The notes: generated from the sequence alone by a model not told the origin. DNA of 64,000 nt from Oscillospiraceae bacterium (GCA_015067845.1 SVLT01000010.1:8771-72770); one strand, 5' to 3'. Positions 8,917 through 18,538 are shown, numbered from the stretch's first letter. Program-made: numbers and translations.

Positions 8917-10332
8917 ATGTATCTATATAATTCTACTTCCCACAAAAAGGAACTGTTCGTTCCCAACAACCCCGATTTGGTGAAGATGTACACCTGCGGC
9001 CCCACGGTGTATCACTATGCCCACATCGGCAACCTGCGCACCTACATCATGGAGGATGTGCTGGAAAAGGCGCTGCGCTACTGCGGCTACAATGTCAAGC
9101 GGGTCATGAACATCACCGATGTGGGCCATCTGGCATCCGATGCGGACACCGGCGAGGACAAGATGCTCAAAGGCGCAAAACGGGAAAACAAGACCGTTAT
9201 GGAGATCGCCCAGTACTATACCGACGCATTTTTCGCCGACTGCCAGAAGCTGAACATCAAGCGTCCCGATGTGGTGGAGCCTGCCACCAACTGCATCGAC
9301 GAGTATATCAACATGGTGTCCCGTCTGCTGGACACCGGCAAGGCCTATTTTGTGGGGGGCAATGTGTATTTTGATACCTCCACATTGGAAAAGTACCATG
9401 TCTTCGGCGACCACGACGAGGAAGATCTGGCTGTAGGCGTTCGTGAGGGCGTGGAGGAGGACACCAACAAGAAGAATAAGAACGACTTCGTTCTGTGGTT
9501 TACCAAGTCTAAATTCGAAGACCAGGCGCTGAAATGGGACTCTCCCTGGGGCGTGGGCTATCCCGGCTGGCATATCGAGTGCTCCTGCATTTCCATGAAG
9601 CATTTGGGTGAGGATCTGGACATCCACGCCGGCGGCATCGACAATGCCTTCCCCCACCACACCAACGAGATCGCCCAGTCCGAAAGCTACCTGGGACACA
9701 AGTGGTGCAACTACTGGTTCCATGTGCATCACCTGAACACCGAGGGCGGCAAAATGTCCAAGTCCAAGGGCGAGTTTTTGACCGTTTCCCTGCTGGAAAG
9801 CAAGGGCTATGACCCCATGGCATATCGGCTGTTCTGCCTGCAGAGCCATTACCGCCGGAATCTGGTGTTCTCCTGGGAGAACCTTGATAATGCGGTGGTT
9901 GCCTATGACAAGCTGGTTGCCAAGATCGCTACTCTGAAAAACGAGGGTGAGGTGGATCAGGCGGCTTTCGATACTCTGAAAGAGCGTTTCGTAAATGCGT
10001 TGAATGGCGACCTGAACACCTCTCTGGCGGTGACCGCGGTCTACGATGCATTGAAGGCCAAGTGCAATGATGCCACCAAGCTGGCGCTGATTGCAGATTT
10101 CGACAAGGTTTTGAGCCTGGATCTGATTTCTGCCGCCGAGAAGCTGGCCGCCAAGCAGGCAGAAGAGGAAGCCGCCAATGCCGATCCGGAGATCGACGCG
10201 TTGGTTGCTGCCCGTACCGAGGCGAAAAAGGCCAAGAATTGGGCGGAAGCGGATCGCATCCGTGACGAACTGAAGGCCCGGGGCATCGAGATTATCGACA
10301 CACCTCAGGGCGCAAAGTGGAGAAAAGTATGA
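8917..10332 (+). CDS. cysS: Cysteine--tRNA ligase
   Basis: CGPTVY, HIGN, PGWHIECS, KMSKS. Confidence 0.97.
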   Translation: MYLYNSTSHKKELFVPNNPDLVKMYTCGPTVYHYAHIGNLRTYIMEDVLEKALRYCGYNVKRVMNITDVGHLASDADTGEDKMLKGAKRENKTVMEIAQYYTDAFFADCQKLNIKRPDVVEPATNCIDEYINMVSRLLDTGKAYFVGGNVYFDTSTLEKYHVFGDHDEEDLAVGVREGVEEDTNKKNKNDFVLWFTKSKFEDQALKWDSPWGVGYPGWHIECSCISMKHLGEDLDIHAGGIDNAFPHHTNEIAQSESYLGHKWCNYWFHVHHLNTEGGKMSKSKGEFLTVSLLESKGYDPMAYRLFCLQSHYRRNLVFSWENLDNAVVAYDKLVAKIATLKNEGEVDQAAFDTLKERFVNALNGDLNTSLAVTAVYDALKAKCNDATKLALIADFDKVLSLDLISAAEKLAAKQAEEEAANADPEIDALVAARTEAKKAKNWAEADRIRDELKARGIEIIDTPQGAKWRKV

Positions 10333-12863
10333 AACTGCTGATTTTAGACGGCAACTCAGTCATTAACCGGGCATATTTCGGCGTGCGGCCCCTGACCAAT
10401 CGGGAGGGGCTTTACACCCATGCCATTTACGGCTTTCTGAACATTCTTGAAAAGCTGGAAAAAGAGGAACAGCCGGATGCGGTGTGCGTGTCCTTTGACC
10501 TGCATGGGCCCACCTTCCGCCATCTGCAATACGACGGCTACAAGGCCACCCGTCACGGCATGCCCGAGGAGCTGCGGATGCAGATGCCGGTGATGAAGGA
10601 TGTCCTGCGAGCTATGAACATTCCCATTTACGAATGTCAGGGTTGGGAAGCGGACGATGTGATCGGTACTGTGGGCCGTATCTGCTCCAACAACGGCTGG
10701 GAGTGTGTCATCGCCACCGGTGACCGGGACTCCTTGCAGCTTATCGACGAAAATATCCATGTCAAGCTGGTGATCTCCAAGCCCGGTCAGACCACAGCCA
10801 CCCTTTACACGGAAGAAAAATTCCGGGAGGAATATGGGTTCGAGCCCAAGAAAATGGTGGATTTGAAGGCGCTGATGGGCGACTCCTCCGATAATATCCC
10901 CGGCGTTGCCGGTGTGGGCCCAAAAACCGCAACGGAATTACTGTTAAAGTTCGGCTCTCTGGACGGGATTTATGAAAATCTGGAGGATGCATCCATCCGT
11001 CCCAAGCTCCGGGAAAAATTGGAGCAGGGAAGGGAAAATGCATATCTTTCCTATGACCTGGCCACCATCCGCCCGGAAGCGCCCATCGATTTCGAGCCCA
11101 AGGATGCGGTTATTCAGCCCTACAACAAGCCGGAGCTGTACGCTCTGTTCCAGCGGCTGGAATTTGTGAAGCTCATTGATAAGTACGGCCTCCGGGGTGC
11201 CGCTGTGGAAGCGGCGAAAACCACTGTGGCAGATGTGAAAAAGCTGCCCCGGTGCGAGGAACTCCCGGCGGAAAAGCTGCCCTGCGCCGTCTATCTTGCA
11301 GAGGACGGCACGCTGGGTATCGCATGGGAAAAGGGCGTGTACACCATGACCCCCATGGAAGTGCAGATGGCCTGCCATTGCCTGCTGGGTCGCATGGACT
11401 GCGTCTGCCACGATATGAAGACCACCATGCACCGGCTGGATGAATTGGGCCTTTGCTATGGGGAATTTTCCTTTGATACGGCCCTTGCCGCTTATGATTT
11501 AAGCCCCTCGTCCGCCGATTATCCGGTTTCCAAGCTGGCTACCAACTTCTTGGGCACCAGCGTGGATGACGGGGATGCTGCTGCCTGCGCAGAGGCCTTG
11601 TGGCAGTTGAAGCCCGTCCTGTCCGCCGAGCTGGAAAAGCAGGGGATGACTGCCCTTTATCAAGATATCGAGCTGCCCCTTTGCCCGGTGCTGTACCGTA
11701 TGGAAAAGGCCGGTGTTGCCATCGACCGGGCGCAGCTGGAGCAGTTTGGTGCCATGCTGGCCCAGCGGATCGACGAATGTGAAAAGCTGATCTACGGCTA
11801 TTCCGAGGGCGCATTTAACATCAATTCCACCAAGCAGTTGGGAGAATTGCTGTTTGATAAGCTGGGTCTGCCTCCGGTGAAAAAGACGAAAACCGGCTAT
11901 TCCACCAATGCGGAGGTACTGGAAAAGCTGAAGGGCAAGCATCCCGTCATTCCGGCGATCATGGATTACCGGGTACTGACCAAGCTGAAATCCACCTATG
12001 CCGACGGCTTGATGAAGGTCATTGGTGAGGATGGGCGCATCCGCACCACCTTCCAAAATCTCGTCACAGCCACCGGTCGGCTGTCCTCCACAGACCCCAA
12101 TTTGCAGAACATCCCTGTGCGCACCGACCTGGGCGCAGAGATCCGCAAGATGTTTGTGCCCAAGCCCGGCTGTGTGCTGGTGGATGCGGATTACAGCCAG
12201 ATCGAACTCCGGGTACTGGCTCATATTTCCGATGATGCTGTGATGCAAAAGGCGTTTATTGACGGCGAAGATATCCACACGGTCACCGCATCCCAGGTGT
12301 TCGGCGTTGCACCGGAAGAAGTAACGGCTCTGCAGCGCCGCCATGCCAAAGCGGTGAATTTTGGCATCGTTTACGGCATTTCCGAGTACTCGTTGTCGGA
12401 AGACATTGGCGTTTCTTTCTACGAAGCCAAGGAGTATATCGAGAATTACCTTGCCAATTACAGCGGTGTGCGCAAGTATATGAAGCAGGTAGTGGCCGAT
12501 GCCCGGGAAAGCGGCTTTACCCAAACGCTGTTTGGGCGGAAGCGGTATATCCCGGAGCTCAGCGCAAGCAATTTTATGGTGCGCCAGGGCGGCGAACGGA
12601 TCGCGCTGAACACCCCCATTCAGGGCACAGCGGCGGACCTCATCAAAATGGCCATGATCCGGGTGGACAAGGCTTTGCGGGAGGAATTCCCGGAAGCAAG
12701 GCTGTTGTTACAGGTGCACGACGAATTGATCGTAGAATGTCCGGAAGAGATCGCCACGGAAGTGGCCCAGCTGGTCAGCCGGGAAATGGAAAATGTCGCT
12801 TCTCTGAAAGTTCCGCTGACTGCGGAAGCAAAAATCGGAAAGAGCTGGTTTGAAGCCAAATGA
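10329..12863 (+). CDS. polA: DNA polymerase I
   Basis: 5'-3' exonuclease (DGNS, EADD, GDSSDNIPG) plus Pol A motifs TGRLSS, DYSQIELR, KAVNFG, QVHDE. Confidence 0.97.
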   Translation: MKLLILDGNSVINRAYFGVRPLTNREGLYTHAIYGFLNILEKLEKEEQPDAVCVSFDLHGPTFRHLQYDGYKATRHGMPEELRMQMPVMKDVLRAMNIPIYECQGWEADDVIGTVGRICSNNGWECVIATGDRDSLQLIDENIHVKLVISKPGQTTATLYTEEKFREEYGFEPKKMVDLKALMGDSSDNIPGVAGVGPKTATELLLKFGSLDGIYENLEDASIRPKLREKLEQGRENAYLSYDLATIRPEAPIDFEPKDAVIQPYNKPELYALFQRLEFVKLIDKYGLRGAAVEAAKTTVADVKKLPRCEELPAEKLPCAVYLAEDGTLGIAWEKGVYTMTPMEVQMACHCLLGRMDCVCHDMKTTMHRLDELGLCYGEFSFDTALAAYDLSPSSADYPVSKLATNFLGTSVDDGDAAACAEALWQLKPVLSAELEKQGMTALYQDIELPLCPVLYRMEKAGVAIDRAQLEQFGAMLAQRIDECEKLIYGYSEGAFNINSTKQLGELLFDKLGLPPVKKTKTGYSTNAEVLEKLKGKHPVIPAIMDYRVLTKLKSTYADGLMKVIGEDGRIRTTFQNLVTATGRLSSTDPNLQNIPVRTDLGAEIRKMFVPKPGCVLVDADYSQIELRVLAHISDDAVMQKAFIDGEDIHTVTASQVFGVAPEEVTALQRRHAKAVNFGIVYGISEYSLSEDIGVSFYEAKEYIENYLANYSGVRKYMKQVVADARESGFTQTLFGRKRYIPELSASNFMVRQGGERIALNTPIQGTAADLIKMAMIRVDKALREEFPEARLLLQVHDELIVECPEEIATEVAQLVSREMENVASLKVPLTAEAKIGKSWFEAK

Positions 12864-13297
12864 TTGAAATCATCAACATGACAGCCGCCCATGTGGCGCA
12901 AATTGCGGAGATCGAAAAACTTTGTTTTTCCGACCCGTGGAGCGAAAACAGCGTGGCATCGGAGCTGAATAATCCCCTTTCCCTGTGGCTGGTTGCCCTG
13001 GACGGTGCAACCGTTGCCGGGTATGTGGGCTCTCAAAGTGTGCTGGACGGGGCGGATATGATGAATATTGCGGTGCATCCCGATTACCGCCGCCGGGGTA
13101 TCGCCTGGGAATTGGTAACGGGTTTGGCGGACGCATTGGCAGAAAAGGGCGTGAAAAGCCTTGCGCTGGAAGTGCGCCAGTCCAACGCGCCGGCGATTGC
13201 GCTTTATGAGCAGTTGGGCTTTCAGCAGGTGGGCCTGCGGCCCAATTATTACCGAAATCCCAAGGAAAATGCCCTGATTATGCGAAAAGAATTGTAA
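12860..13297 (+). CDS. rimI: Ribosomal protein S18 alanine N-acetyltransferase
   Basis: NIAVHPDYRRRGIA, LEVRQSN, RPNYY..PKENA; adjacent to tsaD. Confidence 0.88.
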   Translation: MIEIINMTAAHVAQIAEIEKLCFSDPWSENSVASELNNPLSLWLVALDGATVAGYVGSQSVLDGADMMNIAVHPDYRRRGIAWELVTGLADALAEKGVKSLALEVRQSNAPAIALYEQLGFQQVGLRPNYYRNPKENALIMRKEL

Positions 13298-13300
13298 ATA

Positions 13301-13451
13301 AGCCTTCTCCTTGAGGAGAAGGTGTCAAAAATCTTTGATTTTTGACGGATGTGGTGGTGTCGCAAAGCGACGATTCGGAATTTCACGGCTGCTGTGCAGC
13401 CTACACCTCATCAGTCACCTGCGGTGACAGCTTCCCCTCAAGGGGAAGCCT
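13301..13451. repeat. Structured inverted-repeat element, copy C
   Basis: Left CCTTCTCC-ttga-GGAGAAGG-TG-hairpin-GGATG; inverted right half CTCATC-GTCACC..GGTGAC-GCTTCCCC-tcaa-GGGGAAGC. Confidence 0.75.
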
Positions 13452-13484
13452 TTGGAAACCAATCTGAAACAAGTAGGTGAACCT

Positions 13485-14501
13485 ATGAACATTTTGGCAG
13501 TGGAATCCTCCTGTGATGAGACCGCGGTGGCCATCGTCCGGGACGGACGGGAAGTGCTGTGCGACTGCATCGCTTCCCAGGTGGAGCTGCACCGCATCTA
13601 CGGTGGTGTGGTGCCGGAGATCGCCTCCAGAAAGCATATCGAGGCCATCTACGGCCTGGCCGATCAGGCTTTGGCCCGGACCGGACTGACTCGCGATGAC
13701 ATCGACGCAGTGGCGGTGACCTACGCCCCGGGCCTCATCGGCGCGGTGCTGGTGGGCGTGAATTTCGCCAAGGCCGCCGCCTTGGCCCTGAATAAGCCCC
13801 TGATCCCGGTGCATCACATCCGGGGACACATCGGCGCGAACTATATCGCCTATCCGGAATTGAAGCCGCCCTTTTTGTGTCTGGTGGTCTCCGGCGGTCA
13901 TACCATGATCGTGGAAGTGACCGATTATACGAAAATGCGGATCTTGGGCACCACCTTGGACGATGCGGCTGGCGAGTGCTTCGACAAGGTGGCCCGGGTG
14001 CTGGATATGCCCTATCCCGGCGGCGCGGCGCTGGACAAGGCTGCGCAGACGGGGGACGACACCAAGTATGTCCTGCCCCGGAGCAAGCCCGGCGCAAACC
14101 CCTACGACATGAGCTTTTCCGGTCTAAAAACTGCCGCCCTGAACCTGATCCACCACGCTGAGCAGGTGGGAGAGGAACTGGACATTCCCAGTTTGTGCGC
14201 CTCTTTTTCCGCGGCGGTGTCCGATACCCTGATCCCCAGAGTGGTACGGGCCATTGAGGAGACCGGGCTGAAAAATATCGCTGTTGCCGGTGGCGTGGCG
14301 GCCAATTCCCGGATCCGCCGGGACATTTTGGCGGCAGCAGAGAAAATGGGCGCGACGGTTTATATGCCGCCGCTGAGTCTGTGCGGAGACAACGCGGCCA
14401 TGATCGGCGCGCAGGCGTACTATGAGTTTTTGGCGGGCAATGTGGCAGGTATGGAGCTGAATGCTTACGCCACCAAGTCCATTTTGGGAGAGACGATATG
14501 A
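13485..14501 (+). CDS. tsaD: tRNA N6-adenosine threonylcarbamoyltransferase
   Basis: ESSCDET, GGVVPEIASR, HHIRGH, VSGGHT, GECFDK, DNAAMI. Confidence 0.96.
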   Translation: MNILAVESSCDETAVAIVRDGREVLCDCIASQVELHRIYGGVVPEIASRKHIEAIYGLADQALARTGLTRDDIDAVAVTYAPGLIGAVLVGVNFAKAAALALNKPLIPVHHIRGHIGANYIAYPELKPPFLCLVVSGGHTMIVEVTDYTKMRILGTTLDDAAGECFDKVARVLDMPYPGGAALDKAAQTGDDTKYVLPRSKPGANPYDMSFSGLKTAALNLIHHAEQVGEELDIPSLCASFSAAVSDTLIPRVVRAIEETGLKNIAVAGGVAANSRIRRDILAAAEKMGATVYMPPLSLCGDNAAMIGAQAYYEFLAGNVAGMELNAYATKSILGETI

Positions 14502-14536
14502 AAAGTGCAGGAGGCAATCTCGCTTCCTGCATTTTT
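14501..14536 (+). terminator. Rho-independent terminator
   Basis: TGCAGGAGGC..GCTTCCTGCA followed by a T run. Confidence 0.65.
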
Positions 14537-14550
14537 GAAACGGATGGATA

Positions 14551-14690
14551 TGTGCATAACCATTCTGTATATTTATTACGACATGGGAAAAAATATTGAG
14601 AAAAGGTTGGAAAATACCGGTTTCGACCCTTTTCGACACTACAAAATTGGATTTTTACCCTGTGGAAAAACTTGTGGAAACTGTGAATAA
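14551..14690. promoter_or_regulatory. Cluster of DnaA-box-like 9-mers with tandem Spo0A-box-like 7-mers
   Basis: TGTGCATAA 14551, TGTGGAAAA 14661, TGTGGAAAC 14673, TGTGAATAA 14682; TTCGACC 14622, TTCGACA 14632. Confidence 0.55.
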
Positions 14691-14797
14691 TTATAGGATG
14701 AGACGAAAATTATTTTTGTTATGGAAACTGTATTCATAAATTTTATACAGTTTTTTTACAATTTTTGATGCAAAAATTTTGGGAAGGAGGGCGCGTC

Positions 14798-15286
14798 GTG
14801 CTATACCTTGCAGACAAACTGCACAAGCTGAATTTTTCGCAGCTGATGGCGGTCTACGCCGAGGGCAATGAGGAAAACGGAGAGGAGATGTGGCCGGAAT
14901 TGCCACGGGAGCAACGGCTTCTCCGGGCGGAACAGGCCTTCTATCAGTATCTTGCAGAGGGATTCTTCCCTGCGGCCGGTGCGGTATATGCCATTTGGGT
15001 GGAGAACGGGATCTATGTCAGCGCGCTGCGGTTGGAGCCATATGAAGATGGGTTGCTGTTAGAAGCATTAGAGACCGCGCCCCAATACCGCCGCCGGGGC
15101 TACGGTGAGAAGCTCATCCGGGCGGTACTGGATGCAGCCCCCCAAAGGATCTACTCCCATGTGAGCAAGAAAAATGTCCCCTCCTTGGCGATTCATAAAA
15201 AGTGCGGTTTTTGTCAGGTGCTGGATTATGCCAAATACATCGACGGTTCCGTGGCACAAAACGCGGTGACGCTTCGTTACAGATAA
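14798..15286 (+). CDS. GNAT family N-acetyltransferase
   Basis: LETAPQYRRRGYG, N.PSL..HKKCGF; GTG start after AGGAGG. Confidence 0.85.
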   Translation: MLYLADKLHKLNFSQLMAVYAEGNEENGEEMWPELPREQRLLRAEQAFYQYLAEGFFPAAGAVYAIWVENGIYVSALRLEPYEDGLLLEALETAPQYRRRGYGEKLIRAVLDAAPQRIYSHVSKKNVPSLAIHKKCGFCQVLDYAKYIDGSVAQNAVTLRYR

Positions 15287-15293
15287 ACAAGCA

Positions 15294-15352
15294 AGAGCGT
15301 GTTGCATTTGCAACACGCTCTACATGTAGGGGCGACTAATAGTCGCCCCTAC
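15294..15352. repeat. GTAG-type REP doublet
   Basis: AGAGCGTGTTGCA-tt-TGCAACACGCTCTAC and GTAGGGGCGACTA-a-TAGTCGCCCCTAC. Confidence 0.75.
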
Positions 15353-16572
15353 TTTTTAGTTTTGCCGCGATGGGGTCGCAGGGGGGAGATGAGGTGCACC
15401 AGAGTCATACCCAACAGCATCCCGGCGGACATGGCCACCATCAGCAAGAAGGTGTGCAGGATCCGATCCACAAACAGGGGCATATTGTCCTGCATCAGCG
15501 CGCTGATGCTGTAATAAAGCATACTGCCGGGGATCAGAGGGATCCATCCCGTGACCAGTAATATGGTAGACGGACACCGCAAAATTCGGGCAAATGCTTC
15601 TGCGTACAGGGTCAGAACGGTGGTGGCGATGAGATATTGCAGCGCCTCGTGTCCCACAAAAAGGCCGGCAATGCAGTAGGTTCCCCAGCTCAGTATACCG
15701 CCCAAAAATGCAAAGATCAGCATTTTGCCCCGGACCTGGAACATCAGGGCGAAGCCCACAGAGCCCAATGCGCCCATGACGGTTTGGTAGAAGGGATCTA
15801 TGACGACCGTGTCCTTGGAGACGGTGCTGGCAAGAGTGAAGCCGAAGGCCACCAGGAATGCGATCACCAGCGACCGGAAGAACCGGCTGACACCGGAGAG
15901 CATATCGTCCACGAACATATCATGCACTGCGTTGGTCATGGCAATGCCGGGAATCAACAGCATAATGTTGCCGATGGAGATGGCGTCAAAACGCTGACCT
16001 AGTCCGGATTTTACCAAGGCCGCATTGCAAAGGCCGGTGAGCAGGGACACCAGGAACACCGTAAATACATGGTCCAGGTTGATCTTTCGCATGAAGTATT
16101 CCAAAAAGCAGAGAATGATACCGGTGCCGGCGGCGCAAATACCGTCCGTCCAGGAAGCGCCAAAGAAGATACTCAGAGAGCCGGAGATCAAGGCATACAC
16201 CAAGGCCATCAACCACAGGGGGCGGTTGACCTGGGCATCGATCTGCCGCAGCTTTAAGGGGATTTCCGTGTCGGTTACCCGGTTGGCGCAAATGTCCCGG
16301 GAGAGCTGATTCAGTTTTTGCAGCCGGGTCAGATCATACGAACCGGCGTGAATACGGCGCAATTGGGTGGCGCTGTTGCCCTTGTCGTCAAACGCGGTGA
16401 CGATGATGGCGGAGGTAATGGAGAATACGTGGGTCTCCACTGCGCCAAGGGCCTTGCAGATGCGGCCGATGGCGTCCTCCACCCGGCTGATCTGCGCGCC
16501 GCACACCAGCATTTGCATGCCGATATCCAATGCCAAAGAAATATGGGAATCCAGGCTTTTTCCGTCTTCCAT
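15349..16572 (-). CDS. Threonine/serine exporter family protein (ThrE + ThrE_2 fused)
   Basis: GAQISRVED, LNQLSR, LIPG motif twice, about 10 TM segments. Confidence 0.87.
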   Translation of the reverse strand: MEDGKSLDSHISLALDIGMQMLVCGAQISRVEDAIGRICKALGAVETHVFSITSAIIVTAFDDKGNSATQLRRIHAGSYDLTRLQKLNQLSRDICANRVTDTEIPLKLRQIDAQVNRPLWLMALVYALISGSLSIFFGASWTDGICAAGTGIILCFLEYFMRKINLDHVFTVFLVSLLTGLCNAALVKSGLGQRFDAISIGNIMLLIPGIAMTNAVHDMFVDDMLSGVSRFFRSLVIAFLVAFGFTLASTVSKDTVVIDPFYQTVMGALGSVGFALMFQVRGKMLIFAFLGGILSWGTYCIAGLFVGHEALQYLIATTVLTLYAEAFARILRCPSTILLVTGWIPLIPGSMLYYSISALMQDNMPLFVDRILHTFLLMVAMSAGMLLGMTLVHLISPLRPHRGKTKK

Positions 16573-16748
16573 AAGATGCCTCTTTCTATGTAATAGAATA
16601 CTTATACCACTACAAAAGGGGAAAGTCAACCCATAGGGATGAAAACATAAATATTGTTAGGTTTCAGGCTTGACTTTTACGGTCTGTGCCATATAATGAA
16701 GCTAACCGGCCCGTTGCGGCCCAAAATATGGAGATTGGAGCAGTAGTT

Positions 16749-17702
16749 ATGGCAAAGAAATTCCCTACGAGACCCGTGATCCGGAAGCTGGGTACCATCG
16801 AGTGCAACAACATTGTGGAAACCACCCCCTTGATTTGGAAGGGTGAGCTGTACCGCTTTGAGGTGGTCCGCCGCAAGAGTTTTACGGCGGCAGCGACTTG
16901 CGCGCATTGGCGCGATCTGGACGATTCTCCCTGCCTGCGTTTCGTGCATGTCCGCAGCAACACCGCAACGCCGCTGTTTGCGGAAGACCATACCTTCGGC
17001 TTCCCCTATGTAGTGGGGGATACCATGTATGTGGTCACCGGCGCAAGCAAAACCTGGGGCGCGGAAAAGCTGGCATTTTTCCGTTCCAAGGATCTGGAAA
17101 ACTGGGAGAAGTACGCCGAGGTGGATCTGCCCGGCTGGGCCATCTATAATATGAATATTGCGGAGCGTGGCGGTGTTTACACCCTGATGATCGAGATCAG
17201 CAAGCCTGCTGAAGAGACGGGACATAAATACACCTTCCGCTTCCTGCAATCCACGGATATGACCAACTGGACGCTGATGCCCTCGGAGTGTGTGTTCCAA
17301 AAGGATCGCTATGCCGGCAGTCCCTCTATCTATGCCTTTGAGGACGATCCTTACTACTATGTTGGCTATTTGGAAGCATATCCGCTTTACCGTTTCGCAA
17401 ATTCCATTGCCCGGTCCAAGGATTTCATCAACTGGGAATACAGTCCCATCAATCCTGTTCTGATGTACAATGAGTTTGAGGACAAGCAGATCGCATCTCC
17501 CTTCCTGACACCGGAGGATCGGAAGCGGATCGAGGAAGCCTTGGATACCAACAACTCGGATATGGAGATGTGCGAATATCTGGGCAGAACCCTGATCTAT
17601 TACAGCTGGGGTGACCAGAGAGGCACGGAATTTTTGGCAGAGGCCTGGTACGAGGGTCCCATGCACGAATTCCTGAAAGCCTGGTTCGAACCGAAAGAAT
17701 AA
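16749..17702 (+). CDS. Putative beta-propeller glycoside hydrolase (GH43/32/130-like fold)
   Basis: Repeated Asp-box-like RSKDLENW, QSTDMTNW, RSKDFINW; NPVL; no signal peptide. Confidence 0.6.
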   Translation: MAKKFPTRPVIRKLGTIECNNIVETTPLIWKGELYRFEVVRRKSFTAAATCAHWRDLDDSPCLRFVHVRSNTATPLFAEDHTFGFPYVVGDTMYVVTGASKTWGAEKLAFFRSKDLENWEKYAEVDLPGWAIYNMNIAERGGVYTLMIEISKPAEETGHKYTFRFLQSTDMTNWTLMPSECVFQKDRYAGSPSIYAFEDDPYYYVGYLEAYPLYRFANSIARSKDFINWEYSPINPVLMYNEFEDKQIASPFLTPEDRKRIEEALDTNNSDMEMCEYLGRTLIYYSWGDQRGTEFLAEAWYEGPMHEFLKAWFEPKE

Positions 17703-17703
17703 G

Positions 17704-17735
17704 AAAAAAGCCTTCCCGTTTGGGAAGGCTTTTTT
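17704..17735. terminator. Bidirectional terminator
   Basis: A6-GCCTTCCC-gttt-GGGAAGGC-T6. Confidence 0.85.
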
Positions 17736-17737
17736 GA

Positions 17738-18343
17738 TTAGTTTTCGCCGCCTAAAATCATTCTGCCGAAGAAGGCAGGGCAGTGGAAGCACAAAACGCC
17801 GGGTTCGATGGGATTCCAGGATAGATAGTGTTCCTGTACGGTGAAATCGCCGCATTTGTAGCAGTTGCCGTAGAATTGCAAACCCTCGTAAGCCTTAAAT
17901 TCCGGGAAGAATTGCTGAATGAAGGTGAAAGGTACGTGGAATGTAAGACCCCAACCGTCTGCTGTGCGATAGGACTGGGGATGGAAAGCTTCCTGCTCGT
18001 CCTGCATTACCAGACGCACCAAGCTGGGCATATTCATGCCGTAACCCAGATACAGGCCGCAGGCGGGGTTGAATTCAAAGTTGAAGTAATTCATAGCCTC
18101 TGTGGGGCGGATGAAAAATTCCAGGCAGCTATCCTGGCAGATCATGGCCAGAGGGCCGGTCTCCTCACAGCGGATGTGCTCCTCACGGGCCCGGAGATTG
18201 ACATGGATGCCGGTCTCGTCCCAGCAAAGCTTTGCCCAGGCTTCAATATCCGCAGGTGTGCCGTAGGGGACATTGATCTCCAATTCCGGGATGGTGTTCC
18301 AGTCCGGCGCACCGCAGATCTTTTTCAGAGTATAGGTTTTCAT
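17738..18343 (-). CDS. CBM9/DOMON-like carbohydrate-binding protein
   Basis: DSCLEFF, YFNFEFNP, GNCYKCGD, YLSWNP, FHCP..FG. Confidence 0.75.
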   Translation of the reverse strand: MKTYTLKKICGAPDWNTIPELEINVPYGTPADIEAWAKLCWDETGIHVNLRAREEHIRCEETGPLAMICQDSCLEFFIRPTEAMNYFNFEFNPACGLYLGYGMNMPSLVRLVMQDEQEAFHPQSYRTADGWGLTFHVPFTFIQQFFPEFKAYEGLQFYGNCYKCGDFTVQEHYLSWNPIEPGVLCFHCPAFFGRMILGGEN

Positions 18344-18366
18344 AATATGACCTCTTTCGAAGGGTT

Positions 18367-18538
18367 TAATACCTTCCCCCGGGGGGAAGGTGTCACCGCC
18401 TGCGGCGGTGACGGAAGAGGAATGCGGGCAGTAATGCCAGATGGTCACTATTGTATAGACATATTCCAAAGCTCTGTTCTGCCGCCGTTCCTCTCCCGAC
18501 CTCACTTACGCTCGGCCACCCTCCCCCCGGGGGAGGGT
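18367..18538. repeat. Structured inverted-repeat element, copy B
   Basis: Colinear with 8460-8624: shared TAATACCTTCCCCCGGGGGGAAGGTG, CGGAAGAGGAATGCGGG, TGTATAGACAT, GTTCTGCCGCC, ACGCTCGGCCAC. Confidence 0.8.

Noticed and set aside
11200-11700. Short, degenerate 3'-5' exonuclease domain of PolA as a possible lesion
   Set aside because: The frame is intact and an inactive proofreading domain is normal for Firmicutes Pol I
14540-14770. Chromosomal oriC
   Set aside because: No dnaA, dnaN or rpmH nearby, no clear DnaA-trio run, and gene orientation does not diverge from this point; kept only as a DnaA-box cluster
18344-18505. N-terminal extension of the CBM9-like ORF through the repeat element
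   Set aside because: An RBS (GAAAGAGG) directly precedes ATG 18343; the extension is chance read-through of repeat DNA
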